From Flavobacteriales bacterium (GTDB lineage Bacteria; Bacteroidota; Bacteroidia; Flavobacteriales_F; PHOS-HE28), in assembly GCA_046329105.1 (NCBI GenBank), contig JAXLVH010000001.1, forward strand, positions 614,686-678,685: a stretch of 64,000 bases of DNA, given 5' to 3'. Numbering within the stretch: the first letter of the stretch is position 1; every line of letters begins with the position of its first letter. Positions 9,870 to 18,685 of the stretch are shown piece by piece. The translations under genes were made by a program, and so were the position numbers. The notes beneath the pieces were generated by a model. The model was not told where the DNA came from and did no database searches. It saw only the letters and a list, made by a program, of their open reading frames with translations.

Positions 9870-11369
9870 ATGAAGCATACGATCGCGCTGGTCTGCTTTG
9901 TCCTGCTGTGCGGCCACGTGGCCGCGCAGCAGGTGCAGACCTTCAATGTGGTGCGGCAGAACCTGGTCCAAGGACCTGCACTGGGGCTTTCTGTGAAGGA
10001 GGTGCCGGAAGGATACCTGGTCTTTCAGGTACAACGTGGATTGTCTGGAACGCCGCAGGACCCCTTTGTCAGCCTGTTCGACCGGCAGGGCGAACTTGTC
10101 TGGGAACACGATTATGTGGTACCCCGGTACGGATTCCTCGGTTATCCCGACCCCGTTTGCCGCACGCCTGATGGCGGCTTCGCTTCGGGCGTGTCCGTGT
10201 TCGGCTGGACATCCGATATCGACAGCCTCTTTCTCTGGCGCTTCGATGCACAGGGCGATACGGTCTTCACACGTTTCCTGATGGCCGATAGCACCATGAC
10301 CATCCGCAAATGCATCCGGACGATGAACGGGGACTTCGTGTTCACCGGTCTGCATCATCCTCCTGTTGAGCAATATCTGTTGCGCACGGACAGCATGGGC
10401 AACATCAAGCACTACGCTGGCTTCGCCAACTTTGATGGATATGGAGGAATGGGGCTGGCCGAAGACCCATCAGGCAATTTCTACCTTACCGGTTTTCAGT
10501 ATAATAGTTCTCACCGTGGCAGTCTGATCAAATGCGACAGCGTGGGTAACCTGTTGTGGACGCGTTTGTACGAGATGGAGAACGGGATATCCGAATGGCT
10601 CTCGGCCCTGGTCTTGTCCGACTCGAGCGTGCTTGTTGTTGGTGGAAAAGGAATCAGCTTCGGGAACAGCTCAGCTATCATCTCGCGCTATACATCGAAT
10701 GGCGAACTCTTGTGGACCGACGATGTTGTCACGGGCATCGGGGGACCTTCCTACATCAACCGTCTCACGGATGCGTTCCAGCGACCTGACGGTACGATCG
10801 TGGTGGCCGGGCAGTATGAATGGGAGGGTATCGGTTTCTTCGGGTTTGTTCAAGGCTACAGCATGGCAGGCGATTCCCTCTGGCGGAGATCATTCACCTA
10901 TTTTACCGGAATAGGCGACGGAGATCATAACATCTGGGATGTGGAGTCCACGAGCGATGGAGGTATGATCCTTACCGGAGAGGCGTACAACCATGCTCAA
11001 CCTGGCTCGCCTGTGAACATGTGGCTGGTAAAGACCGACAGCCTGGGCTGCGTGGTACCGGGCTGCCAGAACGTGGGCGTGCAGGAGTTCACCATCGATC
11101 TGCAAGAGCACCTGGTGGTGAGCCCCAACCCCGCGAGCGATCGGGTGAACGTGCTGCTCACACTACCCGAAACCGGAGAGATCGAAGGCCAGGCACAGGT
11201 ATTGTTGTTGGATGCCACCGGCCGAACGGTGCTTGAACAGCCCATGCAACGGAACCTGAACCAACTACGCACCACCGTGGAGGTGAGCGCCTTGCCAGCA
11301 GGGATGTACTACTTGCACCTGCGCGATGCCAAGCGGTGGCTGGCGGGGAGCAAAGTTGTTGTAGAGTGA
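9870..11369 (+). CDS. T9SS type-A CTD protein with beta-propeller-like repeats (paralog 2)
   Basis: Signal MKHTIALVCFVLLCGHVAA/Q; repeats FDRQGELVW, FDAQGDTVF, KCDSVGNLLW, YTSNGELLW; CTD nearly identical to paralog 1. Confidence 0.88.
   Translation: MKHTIALVCFVLLCGHVAAQQVQTFNVVRQNLVQGPALGLSVKEVPEGYLVFQVQRGLSGTPQDPFVSLFDRQGELVWEHDYVVPRYGFLGYPDPVCRTPDGGFASGVSVFGWTSDIDSLFLWRFDAQGDTVFTRFLMADSTMTIRKCIRTMNGDFVFTGLHHPPVEQYLLRTDSMGNIKHYAGFANFDGYGGMGLAEDPSGNFYLTGFQYNSSHRGSLIKCDSVGNLLWTRLYEMENGISEWLSALVLSDSSVLVVGGKGISFGNSSAIISRYTSNGELLWTDDVVTGIGGPSYINRLTDAFQRPDGTIVVAGQYEWEGIGFFGFVQGYSMAGDSLWRRSFTYFTGIGDGDHNIWDVESTSDGGMILTGEAYNHAQPGSPVNMWLVKTDSLGCVVPGCQNVGVQEFTIDLQEHLVVSPNPASDRVNVLLTLPETGEIEGQAQVLLLDATGRTVLEQPMQRNLNQLRTTVEVSALPAGMYYLHLRDAKRWLAGSKVVVE
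11031..11369 (+). repeat. 339-bp direct repeat, copy 2 (CTD module)
   Basis: Offset 1731 bp from copy 1; starts aagaccgacagcctgggctgcgtggtaccgggc in both. Confidence 0.92.
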
Positions 11370-11386
11370 AAAAAATGCCATTCCAC

Positions 11387-11844
11387 GTCACCCTGAGCGG
11401 AGCCGAAGGGTGGTGGTGGAATAGCACTGTTGCAGATGGCCCAAGACCTGTCACGCTGAGCTTGCCGAAGCGCTACCATGATCATGTGCATGTGTGTATA
11501 GCGCTTCGGCAAGCTCAGCGTGACAGTTCAGGAAGATCCTCCAGGCAGTGTCCAAGCGATAGCGTAGCATTGCTTCAACACTCCCATGCATTGTCAGGGT
11601 GAGAACTCCCATGCACTGTCACGCTGAGCCCGCCGAAGCGCTACCAAATTCCGGTACACTGTGTTGCAGCTTGGATCGTATCGGGTTCGTGTTGCAGTGT
11701 ATAGCGCTTCGGCAGGCTCAGCGTGACAGTTCAGGAGGATCCTCAAGACAGTGTCCAGGCGATAGCGTAGCATTGATCCAACACTCCCTTGTATTGTCAG
11801 GGTGGGAACTCCCATGCATTGTCACGCTGAGCCCGCCGAAGCGC
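11387..11844. repeat. BIME-like REP array (GTCACnCTGAGC..GCCGAAG family)
   Basis: REP at 11387; perfect 28-bp inverted pair 11448-11475/11499-11526; second pair 11616-11643/11702-11729 (1 mismatch); last REP ~11820-11844; 89-nt linker repeated at 11527-11615 and 11730-11818. Confidence 0.9.
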
Positions 11845-12086
11845 CTCTCCAATACCAGTCCGTATCACGATTTGACCGCTCGTTGTTTTCCTGAACCGTG
11901 GTTGTACATTTCCACGAGTTTTGATACTCCGGGTCCTGAGCAACATGAACGCACAGTGCGGAGCAGGGACGCTGAGGGAGTACAGAGCGCGTTGGCGCGA
12001 ACGTGAGGAGTGGATATGGGCCGATGTCGCACGCGCTCGGTCCAGCGTGCATATCTGCTATCTTGCACCACGGCAACGCATGCGTC

Positions 12087-12674
12087 ATGTCCTCCGATCC
12101 ACTCGACCTGGACCCCGATAACGCCCTGGCCCCGGCCCGTGGACGATTGCTGGTGAGCGGTCCGTACCTCACCGATCCATACTTCCACCGCACGGTGGTC
12201 CTGTTGTGCGAGCACGACAAGGAGGGTTCATTCGGTTTCGTGCTGAACCGGTCCCTGGACGTGGATGTGGCGAACATCATGGAGAACATGCCCTCGTTGG
12301 AAGGCCGCGTAAGCATCGGGGGGCCTGTGCAGAGCGGCAACCTCTATTACCTGCACACGCTGGGCAAGCGCGTACAGGGCAGCATCCGTGTGGTTGATGG
12401 CGTTCACATGGGTGGTGACTTCGAGCAGTTGCGCAGTTTGCTGGCCACCGATCCGAAGCTCGCCGATCACGTGCGCTTCTTCGTAGGATACAGTGGCTGG
12501 GGTGCCGATCAACTGGTGAAGGAATTGGATGAGCGTGCCTGGTTGATCGCTCCAGGGCACAAGCGATCGATCATGTCCCCACGCGCCACCGACCTCTGGG
12601 GTGACACCTTGCGGAATATGGGCAAGCAGTTCGCACCGCTGGCCAATTTTCCGGACGACCCTTCGTTGAATTAG
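12087..12674 (+). CDS. YqgE/AlgH family protein
   Basis: GRLLVS..YL.DPYFHRTVVLLCEHD.EGSFGFVLN, GGPV, RFFVGYSGWG..QL..E. Confidence 0.92.
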   Translation: MSSDPLDLDPDNALAPARGRLLVSGPYLTDPYFHRTVVLLCEHDKEGSFGFVLNRSLDVDVANIMENMPSLEGRVSIGGPVQSGNLYYLHTLGKRVQGSIRVVDGVHMGGDFEQLRSLLATDPKLADHVRFFVGYSGWGADQLVKELDERAWLIAPGHKRSIMSPRATDLWGDTLRNMGKQFAPLANFPDDPSLN

Positions 12675-13513
12675 GCGATGCTCTTCACAAGCAGATCCAC
12701 CAGATGCAGGGCCATGCGGTGCGTATAACGCTTGGTGCGGTATGCTGCTGCCCATTGCGGCCCGCGCACTGCATTGGTCATGATCAATTCATCGGCCGCC
12801 AGCAGGTTCTGTGGATTCAATGAGGTCTCGTACACCTTGATCCCGTTGGTCACCGCCAGATTGATCACCTGCATGCGCATCACCCCACCGATGCAACCAT
12901 CGCTGAGCGGGGGCGTGTAGAGCACACCATTGCTCACGATGAACACGTTGCCCGAGCCGCTCTCGATGATGTTCCCCTTGTCGTTCTGCAGCAGGCAGTC
13001 GTCCAGACCGCGATCCATGCACCACAGACCGGCCATCACGTACAACTGGCCATTCAGCGTCTTCAACGAACTGAGCCGATTCACCTGCTTGCGCATCTCG
13101 GGCCAGATATCCGTGACCAGTCCCTCGTGATTCAGGATATAATTGGCCGAAGACAACGGCGTGAGCGCGATCGTATAACCACTGTTATTGCCTTCGGGGC
13201 GGTAGTGTCCCGGCGCATCCCTGTACACCGTGAGCCGTATGCGCGCACTGGCATGCCCGCATTCCACCACGAGGCGTTCGATGTGCGCCTTCAGCGTTCG
13301 CTCGTTCAGCCCGTCCGGACAGTTGATGCGCAACACCTTCAACGCTTCGGTGAGGCGCGCCCAGTGCGCTCCGATGAAACACGGTTGGCCATTCACCACG
13401 CGGATGCTCTCGAAAAGCCCATCACCGTACCGATAGGCGCGGTTGTCCACCGCGATCACCGGTCGGCCCGCAGGGACCAGTTCACCGTTCACCACCAACG
13501 CCCCTCCTTCCAT
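12671..13513 (-). CDS. Class IV aminotransferase / 4-amino-4-deoxychorismate lyase-like
   Basis: NRAYRYGDGLFESIR, H.ARL, LKTLN, IIESGSGNVF, TPPLSDGCIGGVMR, ADELIMTNA. Confidence 0.9.
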   Translation of the reverse strand: MEGGALVVNGELVPAGRPVIAVDNRAYRYGDGLFESIRVVNGQPCFIGAHWARLTEALKVLRINCPDGLNERTLKAHIERLVVECGHASARIRLTVYRDAPGHYRPEGNNSGYTIALTPLSSANYILNHEGLVTDIWPEMRKQVNRLSSLKTLNGQLYVMAGLWCMDRGLDDCLLQNDKGNIIESGSGNVFIVSNGVLYTPPLSDGCIGGVMRMQVINLAVTNGIKVYETSLNPQNLLAADELIMTNAVRGPQWAAAYRTKRYTHRMALHLVDLLVKSIA

Positions 13514-14010
13514 CAGATCAGGGATGTCCGGGTCCGCAGTACATCGAGAAGTGGCGAATTGGCTTCCACCAGCACACCACGAACACCCACCGCCGTGGCG
13601 GCCTCCACGTCGCGATCACGATCGCCTATCATCACCGAAGCACCGGGATCGATCCCGTACCGCGCCATGGCCCGCTCCAACATCAGCGAGCCCGGCTTAC
13701 GGCAGAGGCAACGACCTTGCGAGGGATGATGCGGGCAGTAGTACACGGCATCCAGTTGTGTCCCCTCTTCCGCCAGGCATGCACCGATCCATGCGTGCGC
13801 CCGCTCCACATCGGCGTGCGTGTACAAACCGAGTGCGATACCGCTCTGGTTCGTGATGATCACGGCCAGGTTCCCTTGGGCCCGTACAGCTTTCACCGCC
13901 TCAGCCACGGTGGGCAGCATCTCCAGGTCATCCACGCGCCAGGTGTGCTCGCCACGCTCGCGCACCACCACGCCATCGCGATCCAGAAAAACCGCACGCC
14001 TCGTCCTCAT
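13513..14010 (-). CDS. HAD-IIIA hydrolase, D,D-heptose 1,7-bisphosphate phosphatase (GmhB-like)
   Basis: AVFLDRDGV, ITNQSGI, YYCPHHP..CLCRKPG, MIGDRDRD; start taken at MRTRR (14010). Confidence 0.88.
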   Translation of the reverse strand: MRTRRAVFLDRDGVVVRERGEHTWRVDDLEMLPTVAEAVKAVRAQGNLAVIITNQSGIALGLYTHADVERAHAWIGACLAEEGTQLDAVYYCPHHPSQGRCLCRKPGSLMLERAMARYGIDPGASVMIGDRDRDVEAATAVGVRGVLVEANSPLLDVLRTRTSLI

Positions 14011-14621
14011 GCGAAAGGTCCTGTTACGGCCTGCAGGAATCCTCCAAGCACAGGCGGGTGCATCATCACCGTGAACACGATGCCTACAAGCGCCCCCGCG
14101 AAATGCGCGTCGTGCGCGATCCCGTCCCCTCCACGGCGCCCCATGAACCATTCATACCCAAGATAAAGGATACCAAAGATCCAGGCCGGGGCCGGTACGG
14201 GCAGGATGAGCAGCATGAGCTTGTCCAACGGGAACATGAGGATCGAGGCGAAGAGGACGGCACTGGTGGCCCCGGAGGCACCTACCGCCCGGTACGAGGG
14301 ATCCCAGCGGTGCTTATAGTAGCCCGGCAACGAACTGAGCGTGATGCCCGCGAGGTAGAGCACGAGGAACGGGATGGTGCCGCTGTGCCCCGTGAGTTTG
14401 GCGTAGCCCTCCTCCACCCTGGGTCCGAACATGAACAGCACGAACATGTTCACGAAGAGGTGCTGCCCATTGCCATGGATGAAGCCGTGGGTGACCAGGC
14501 GGGACCAGTCCTGGCGGGTATTGATGACGAAGGGTTCGAAGACCATGCGGTCGAACATCCGGCGATCATTGAACGCACGCATCGAGATGAGCACGGTGAT
14601 GGCGATGACGACCCAGGTCAT
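14007..14621 (-). CDS. Rhomboid family intramembrane serine protease
   Basis: W.RLVTHGFIHG..HLFVNM, GASGA catalytic Ser motif, AHDAHFAG catalytic His; start at MTWVVIAIT. Confidence 0.92.
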   Translation of the reverse strand: MTWVVIAITVLISMRAFNDRRMFDRMVFEPFVINTRQDWSRLVTHGFIHGNGQHLFVNMFVLFMFGPRVEEGYAKLTGHSGTIPFLVLYLAGITLSSLPGYYKHRWDPSYRAVGASGATSAVLFASILMFPLDKLMLLILPVPAPAWIFGILYLGYEWFMGRRGGDGIAHDAHFAGALVGIVFTVMMHPPVLGGFLQAVTGPFA

Positions 14622-14644
14622 GGCGGGAAAGATAACCGCGCGCC

Positions 14645-15091
14645 TCAGTAGGTATGGTCGCGTACGATCCTCCAGCCGCTCGGGCCATCCGCCCATAAAA
14701 GGCTGAAACCACCGCCCAAGGTGTCGGCCGAAGACCGCGCACCTGCCACACCACGGACGAGTTGCCACTTTCCCGTACACCAGGCATGCTCGGGCCCCGC
14801 ACCGACCACTTCCAGATCACTGAACGTCAGATCGCCCATGGCCGCCTTGTCCGGATAGTGCTTGCGGTAGTTGGCGGTGACCGCGGCCTTGCCACAAGTG
14901 GTCCCGCGCGCATTCACGAAGCACACACTGTCGGCGTATCCTTCCATGAAGCCGCCCACATCGCCCCGGTCCCATGCGACTTCCTGATCCGCCATCACCG
15001 CCCGGATCGCCGCCTCGTCCTCCGGCCCGAAGACCGGGGTGCCGCAGGAAGTTGCGATGCATACTACGAGAAATGGGAGCCCGTGGCGCAT
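14645..15091 (-). CDS. NTF2-like / DUF4440 (YybH-like) probable lipoprotein
   Basis: Lipobox-like VCIATSC; AW..GD..GFM.GY, Y...Y..K..MG.L.F, GW.I..DH. Confidence 0.78.
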   Translation of the reverse strand: MRHGLPFLVVCIATSCGTPVFGPEDEAAIRAVMADQEVAWDRGDVGGFMEGYADSVCFVNARGTTCGKAAVTANYRKHYPDKAAMGDLTFSDLEVVGAGPEHAWCTGKWQLVRGVAGARSSADTLGGGFSLLWADGPSGWRIVRDHTY

Positions 15092-15094
15092 GGT

Positions 15095-16300
15095 TCAGAG
15101 GTTCTCAGGCAGGATCTTCACGCGCAGTTCCGCGTACCGCTGGGGAAACCAGCGCCGAAGGATGGCCACGTGGTAATTGTACGGCTTGTGCTGGTAGAAG
15201 CCCGGGGCCTTGCGGTACAGCTCCTTGTTCAGGAAGACGCCCTGCGCATCGCGCGGATTGGCTTTCATGATGGAGTCGTTGGCCAGGATCGTGCTGTCGC
15301 GCAGGATCAGCGGGTACGGGAACGGTTCCAGTTCGATCCGCTCCGGCATCACGGCGTAGTTCACCTCTTTGCGGTACGGTGGCATCACCACGTCGCCCAC
15401 CGACCCGCTGATGCGTTTGTCCACCGAGTTCGACGCGTAACGTGCCAGCCCCGAAAGCTTCCCACGCATCATGCGCAGCACCGCACTGCGGGCCAGGCTC
15501 CGCGTATCGTAGCCTTCCTGACCACCGATGATGCCATCGAGTGTGGCCGCGGAAAAGATGGGGTGGTCCAGAAAGGACATCGGCATGCCCGGCACGGGGT
15601 CGGCCGGATTGATGATGCTGAAGCTCGTACCCGTTTCGCAGTATGCATTCCTGTACGTTCCCGCGAAGGCCGCGTTGCCCACCATGGGGTTGGCGAAGGC
15701 GTACGTGGTGAACCGTGTCTTCCCCGGAAGCCGGCCCGATGGCAGGTTCTCCAGATAGGCGCGCAGCAAGAGGGCCAGTGCCCCGCCCTGACTGTGGCCG
15801 GTGATCGTCACATCATCCACGCCCTGTTCGTGCAACGCTCGCACCTGATCCAGCACGTCCGCAGCGATGAAGGAGATACCCAGGGCATATCCGGCATGCA
15901 CCGCCGCAGCGGTATCATCGGCGAAACGGTAAACGAACGGCTCGCCATCCACCGTGATCGTGCCCTCGGCCGGGATCATGGCGGCGTGCATGTTCTCCAT
16001 CCAGCTGAGCGGATCGGCCGTGGACCCACGGATCTCGATGACGCCCATGCTCCCGTGGCGGAACACCTGGAACAGATTGTCCATTCCGCGCGGTTCCGAT
16101 ACGTACACGCGCTCATACCCGGCGGGCAGGATCGCCGCATCGGAACCGTACAGGTCCTGGAAGGTGTGCGTGGCGCACAGGGCGCTCAGATCGGCGGCCA
16201 GGGCGGGATCGAAGCCGGGAGCACCGGGCGTGGCCAGGGCCGGGGATCCGGACAGGGCGAGGGCACAGGCCGTGCTCAAGGACAGGATGGTGGTGCGCAT
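15095..16300 (-). CDS. Secreted class 3 lipase-like alpha/beta hydrolase
   Basis: Signal peptide MRTTILSLSTACALALSGSPALA; IRGS, VHAGY, ITGHSQGG nucleophile elbow, FANPMVGN, NPADPVP. Confidence 0.8.
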   Translation of the reverse strand: MRTTILSLSTACALALSGSPALATPGAPGFDPALAADLSALCATHTFQDLYGSDAAILPAGYERVYVSEPRGMDNLFQVFRHGSMGVIEIRGSTADPLSWMENMHAAMIPAEGTITVDGEPFVYRFADDTAAAVHAGYALGISFIAADVLDQVRALHEQGVDDVTITGHSQGGALALLLRAYLENLPSGRLPGKTRFTTYAFANPMVGNAAFAGTYRNAYCETGTSFSIINPADPVPGMPMSFLDHPIFSAATLDGIIGGQEGYDTRSLARSAVLRMMRGKLSGLARYASNSVDKRISGSVGDVVMPPYRKEVNYAVMPERIELEPFPYPLILRDSTILANDSIMKANPRDAQGVFLNKELYRKAPGFYQHKPYNYHVAILRRWFPQRYAELRVKILPENL

Positions 16301-16446
16301 GCGGTCCGTTGGATGATGGAACAACGCGCCAAGAAAAGCAAACCGTGTGCTGGAACGCATCGGGCGTGCGCATGATCATGAACGACCGGACGTGTCCACC
16401 CTGCGGCCATGCGGTCCGGGAACCCGATCCGCAACCCTGTGGAACC

Positions 16447-16485
16447 AAAAAAAGAAGGGGCCGCCCCGATCAGGACGGCCCCTTC
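16447..16485 (-). terminator. Rho-independent terminator of rpsA
   Basis: GAAGGGGCCG / CGGCCCCTTC stem next to an A7 run (U-tract on - strand). Confidence 0.8.
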
Positions 16486-16507
16486 GCACAGGTCACTTGA
16501 TGCTGGA

Positions 16508-18391
16508 TCAGGCCTCTTCGCTCTGGTCGTCGGCCTCCTCTTTCTTGGCCTTGGACTTGGCTTTGCCACCTTCGCCGGCCTGCATCTGGTTCTTCAGGTC
16601 GCTCAGCACGCTGAGGTCGCCCAAGGTGGATTTCTCCACCTTGTCGTTCACGCTCTTCACGCTGGCGCTGTGGTCGCCGCCCTCATCGCCGGAGCCTTTG
16701 CGGCCACGCTTGGCGGATGCGGGTGCGCTCTCGATCACGTCATCGCCCTCTTCGAAGGTGCGCGTATGGCTGAGGGCGATCCGGCGATGCTCGGAGCTGA
16801 ACTCGAGCACGACGAACGGCAGCTTCTCTTCGAGACCGGCCTTGCTGCCGTCGGCTTTCTTCAGGTGCTTCAACGTCACGGTGCCTTCAACACCGTACGG
16901 CAGGGCCACGGTGAAGCTGCTGCCGTTGCGTCCCACGATGGTGCCCTCGTGCGTGCTGCCGGGCGTGAACACGCTGGCGAATACTTCCCAGGGGTTCTCT
17001 TCCACTTGCTTGTGACCGAGGCTGAGGCGGCGGTTGTCCTTGTCCACCTCCAACACCTGCACCTCCACCTCGTCGCCGATCTTGCAGAAATCGCTCGGGT
17101 GCTTGATGCGCTTGGTCCAGCTCAGGTCGCTGATGTGGATAAGCCCGTCCACGCCTTCCTCCAGCTCGGCGAAGATGCCGAAGTGGGTGAAGTTGCGCAC
17201 CTTGGCCGTGTGGCGGCTGCCCACCGGGTACTTGAACTCGATGTCGGCCCAGGGATCAGGCTGCAGCTGCTTCATGCCGAGGCTCATCTTGCGCTCCTCG
17301 CGATCGATGTTGAGGATCTGCACATCGATCTCCTGGCCTTCCTTGAGGAAGTCCTTCGGGCTGCGCAGATGCTGGCTCCAGCTCATTTCGCTCACGTGCA
17401 GCAGGCCCTCCACGCCGGCGGCCACTTCCACGAACGCGCCGTAATCGGTGATCACCATCACCTTGCCCTTCACCTTGTCGCCCACGTTCATATCGGCGCT
17501 CAGGGCGTCCCACGGATGCGCGCTCAGTTGCTTCAGGCCCAAGGCGATGCGGCGCTTCTCGTCGTCGAAGTCGAGGATGACGACGTTGATCTTCTCGTCG
17601 AGCTTCACGATCTCTTCCGGGTGGCTTACGCGGCCCCAACTCAGGTCGGTGATGTGGATCAGGCCGTCCACACCGCCCAGGTCGACGAATACGCCGTAAC
17701 TGGTAATGTTCTTGACGGTACCCTCCAGCACCTGGCCTTTCTCCAGGCCACCGATGATCTGCTTCTTCTGGGCCTCGAGTTCGGCTTCGATCAGGGCCTT
17801 GTGCGAGACCACCACGTTCTTGAACTCCTGGTTGATCTTCACCACCTTGAACTCCATGTTCTTGCCCACGAACTGGTCGTAGTCGCGGATCGGCTTCACA
17901 TCGATCTGGCTGCCGGGCAGGAAGGCCTCGATCCCGAACACGTCCACGATCAGGCCGCCTTTCGTACGGCACTTCACGAAGCCGGTGATGATCTCGTTGG
18001 TCTCGAGCGCATGGTTCACCTTGCCCCAGGCATTGTGTACCCGGGCCGTCTTGTGGCTGATCACCATCTGACCGCCCTTGTCCTCCTGCTTCTCGATGTA
18101 CACCTCCACCTGATCGCCCAGCTTCAGGTCCGGCTTGTAGCGGAATTCGCTCAGGGGAACGACGCCCTCGGACTTGTAGTTGATGTTGATGACGACCTCT
18201 TTCTTGTTCATGCCGACAACGGTGCCCATGAGCACCTCTTTCTCGGCAATGCTGGTGAGGCTCTCCTCGTACGCCTTCTCCATCCGCTCGCGATCGCTGG
18301 CGGAAATGGACTTCTTGTCATCCTCCAGTGTGGCCCAATCGAAATCGGCGGGCGGTTCGGCGAAGGTGACCTTGGTTTGTTCTGCTGACAT
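16508..18391 (-). CDS. rpsA: 30S ribosomal protein S1
   Basis: Six S1 repeats (KSEGVVP, GGLIVD..GIEAFLPGSQID, YGVFVDLGGVDGLIHITDLSW, YGAFVE...EGLLHVSEMSW, FGIFAE...DGLIHISDLSW); Bacteroidota-type EKSTLGD tail. Confidence 0.98.
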   Translation of the reverse strand: MSAEQTKVTFAEPPADFDWATLEDDKKSISASDRERMEKAYEESLTSIAEKEVLMGTVVGMNKKEVVININYKSEGVVPLSEFRYKPDLKLGDQVEVYIEKQEDKGGQMVISHKTARVHNAWGKVNHALETNEIITGFVKCRTKGGLIVDVFGIEAFLPGSQIDVKPIRDYDQFVGKNMEFKVVKINQEFKNVVVSHKALIEAELEAQKKQIIGGLEKGQVLEGTVKNITSYGVFVDLGGVDGLIHITDLSWGRVSHPEEIVKLDEKINVVILDFDDEKRRIALGLKQLSAHPWDALSADMNVGDKVKGKVMVITDYGAFVEVAAGVEGLLHVSEMSWSQHLRSPKDFLKEGQEIDVQILNIDREERKMSLGMKQLQPDPWADIEFKYPVGSRHTAKVRNFTHFGIFAELEEGVDGLIHISDLSWTKRIKHPSDFCKIGDEVEVQVLEVDKDNRRLSLGHKQVEENPWEVFASVFTPGSTHEGTIVGRNGSSFTVALPYGVEGTVTLKHLKKADGSKAGLEEKLPFVVLEFSSEHRRIALSHTRTFEEGDDVIESAPASAKRGRKGSGDEGGDHSASVKSVNDKVEKSTLGDLSVLSDLKNQMQAGEGGKAKSKAKKEEADDQSEEA

Positions 18392-18504
18392 TCAGCTTTC
18401 GACTTGTATCCCGGTTCCCGATGTTTCGGGGCAGCGCTGACCGGAAGGGGTTGTTGTTGGCCCGCTGTGCTGCCCAGCGGACGTTCCCGAAAAATTCGGG
18501 GGCG

Positions 18505-18512
18505 CGAATGTA
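18505..18512 (-). promoter_or_regulatory. -7 promoter box (TACATTCG) of rpsA
   Basis: Reverse complement of cgaatgta; about 110 nt upstream of the start. Confidence 0.55.
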
Positions 18513-18685
18513 CGTGTTCCTGTTCGATCCACAAGCGCTTCGGCGCTGAAGATCAGGCCGATCGGCATCCGTACTCCTCGCCCTCCCCATGGGTCAATGG
18601 ATCAAGGTTCCCGCCGCCTTCGTACCGCGAACGGCCTGGTGACCGCACATGGCCGCATCGGCCACCTCTACTTTCGCCCCGCCCC

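Noticed and set aside
11387-11844. CRISPR array
   Set aside because: Repeats alternate in orientation, spacings are irregular (23, 58, 89 nt), the linker is itself repeated, and no cas gene is present; this is REP/BIME architecture.
16409-18388. 659-aa ORF on the + strand
   Set aside because: Antisense shadow of rpsA caused by GC-rich codon bias; no family motif.
18404-18685. N-terminal extensions in the ORF track (ABC gene; likewise 27792, 30314, 14151, 14780, 57991, 59449)
   Set aside because: They overlap neighbouring genes or promoters; downstream ATGs give proper signal peptides or family N-termini.
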